Shown here one piece after another: positions 61,878-62,854 of a stretch of 62,854 nt of DNA (position 1 is its first letter; the number at the start of each line of letters is the position of its first letter). Below the pieces are notes generated by a model that was not told the origin of the DNA, made no database searches, and saw only the letters and a list, made by a program, of their open reading frames with translations. Origin of the DNA: Flavobacteriales bacterium (GTDB lineage Bacteria; Bacteroidota; Bacteroidia; Flavobacteriales; Flavobacteriaceae); assembly GCA_024641135.1 (NCBI GenBank), contig JAHEDS010000007.1, positions 1 through 62,854 on the forward strand, in the 5' to 3' direction. The position numbers and the translations under genes are program-made.

Positions 61878-62854
61878 ATGAAATCATTTTATCTACAATT
61901 ACTTTTTTTTAGCTTTTCTGCAATGATGTTCTCTCAAGCTGGACACATCATGCAAGGAATTGGAGCAGTAAATATGTCAATGGGAGGTGCAGCAACTGCG
62001 CAACCTTTAGATATTTCTGGTGCAATGCAATGGAACCCAGCTACTCTGTCTGTTTTTGATGACAAAATTTTAAAACTTGATGTTGGTTTATTCTCTTCAT
62101 CACCAGAGTTATTTGGTTCTTTACCAGCTGGAATGTTAGGTCCAGGAGCACCAGGAGTAAGTGGAATTACAAAAGATGATAGAGGAAATTCAATAATGCC
62201 TGCCTTAGCAATGGTTTGGGGTAAAGAAGGTAGCAAACATACTTTTGGTGTTTCTGCATTTGGCATTAGTGGTTTTGGTGTAACGTTTCCTGAAGAAGCT
62301 AACAATCCTTTAAGTCCTAACTTTAATCCAATGGTAAATTCTAATCCTATAAATTACCCGCAAATGGCAATGGGATTTGGGCATATAGAATCTGATTATA
62401 TGTTATTACAAGTTGGCGTATCTTATGCATATGAATTATCAGAAAAATTATCAGTGGGTGTGCAACCTACTATTAACTATTCAGCTTTACAGTTAGCACC
62501 GAACCCTACATCTAGCCCTTCTATGGCTGGATACCCTAGCACTGATAAACCAAGTGCTATAGGTTTTGGAGCTCAATTTGGTATTTTTTATGATTCAAAA
62601 GAAGGTTTAAAACTAGGTGCATCCTATAAAATGCCTCAAACATTCTTCAAATTCAAGTTTAAAAACACTTATTTAGATAATTCTACTTCTGAAAATGAGT
62701 TTCAAATGGATTATCCAGGAATTTTCTCTCTTGGTTTAGGTTATTCAAAAGGAGATTTTGACTTTGCATTCGATTTTAGAAGAGTTGATTATGAAAATAC
62801 TGCAGGTTTCCAAAACTCTGGATGGACTCAAAGAGCGGCTGTTGCAGGATTTGG
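61878..62854 (+). CDS. OmpP1/FadL family outer-membrane transporter, 5' part (runs off the right edge)
   Basis: Not in the ORF track. MKSFYLQLLFFSFSAMMFSQAGHIMQGIGAVNMSMGGAATAQPLDISGAMQWNPA shows a signal peptide, MGGA and NPA hatch motifs. Frame is open to the window end. Confidence 0.88.
   Translation, partial: MKSFYLQLLFFSFSAMMFSQAGHIMQGIGAVNMSMGGAATAQPLDISGAMQWNPATLSVFDDKILKLDVGLFSSSPELFGSLPAGMLGPGAPGVSGITKDDRGNSIMPALAMVWGKEGSKHTFGVSAFGISGFGVTFPEEANNPLSPNFNPMVNSNPINYPQMAMGFGHIESDYMLLQVGVSYAYELSEKLSVGVQPTINYSALQLAPNPTSSPSMAGYPSTDKPSAIGFGAQFGIFYDSKEGLKLGASYKMPQTFFKFKFKNTYLDNSTSENEFQMDYPGIFSLGLGYSKGDFDFAFDFRRVDYENTAGFQNSGWTQRAAVAGF

Overview
AT-rich, gene-dense chromosomal segment from a Flavobacteriaceae-like Bacteroidota bacterium (TAnnTTTG -7 promoter elements, no Shine-Dalgarno sequences, fused E1 alpha/beta, bshA). 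About 57 kb is core housekeeping: lon, glmM, uvrA, mutS2, aroC, bshA, serB, lptD, guaC, gap, pfkA, tamB, tsaD, rsmE and others. I saw no rRNA, tRNA, CRISPR, prophage or IS. The most interesting part is 57.6-62.9 kb. A soluble FixL-like heme-PAS histidine kinase is translationally coupled to a receiver-Crp/Fnr fusion regulator. Around them lie five copies of a 14-bp FNR-like palindrome (consensus ATGAY-N4-ATCAT), four of which sit exactly 22 nt upstream of a -7 element. These promoters face a universal stress protein, a flavin-binding protein, a FadL-like porin and an unannotated ~70-nt hairpin-terminated transcript (candidate sRNA). Together this suggests a compact O2-sensing regulon. Other points: a hybrid kinase with Tyr in place of the phospho-acceptor His, a probable AUC start for tamB, an M1-peptidase-like protein without HExxH, a Smr-less MutS2, a 52-aa membrane ORF missing from the ORF track, a Flavo-1-like structured RNA, and sigma54-like promoters at lon and tamB. 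All family assignments come from motif recognition by eye; no searches were run.
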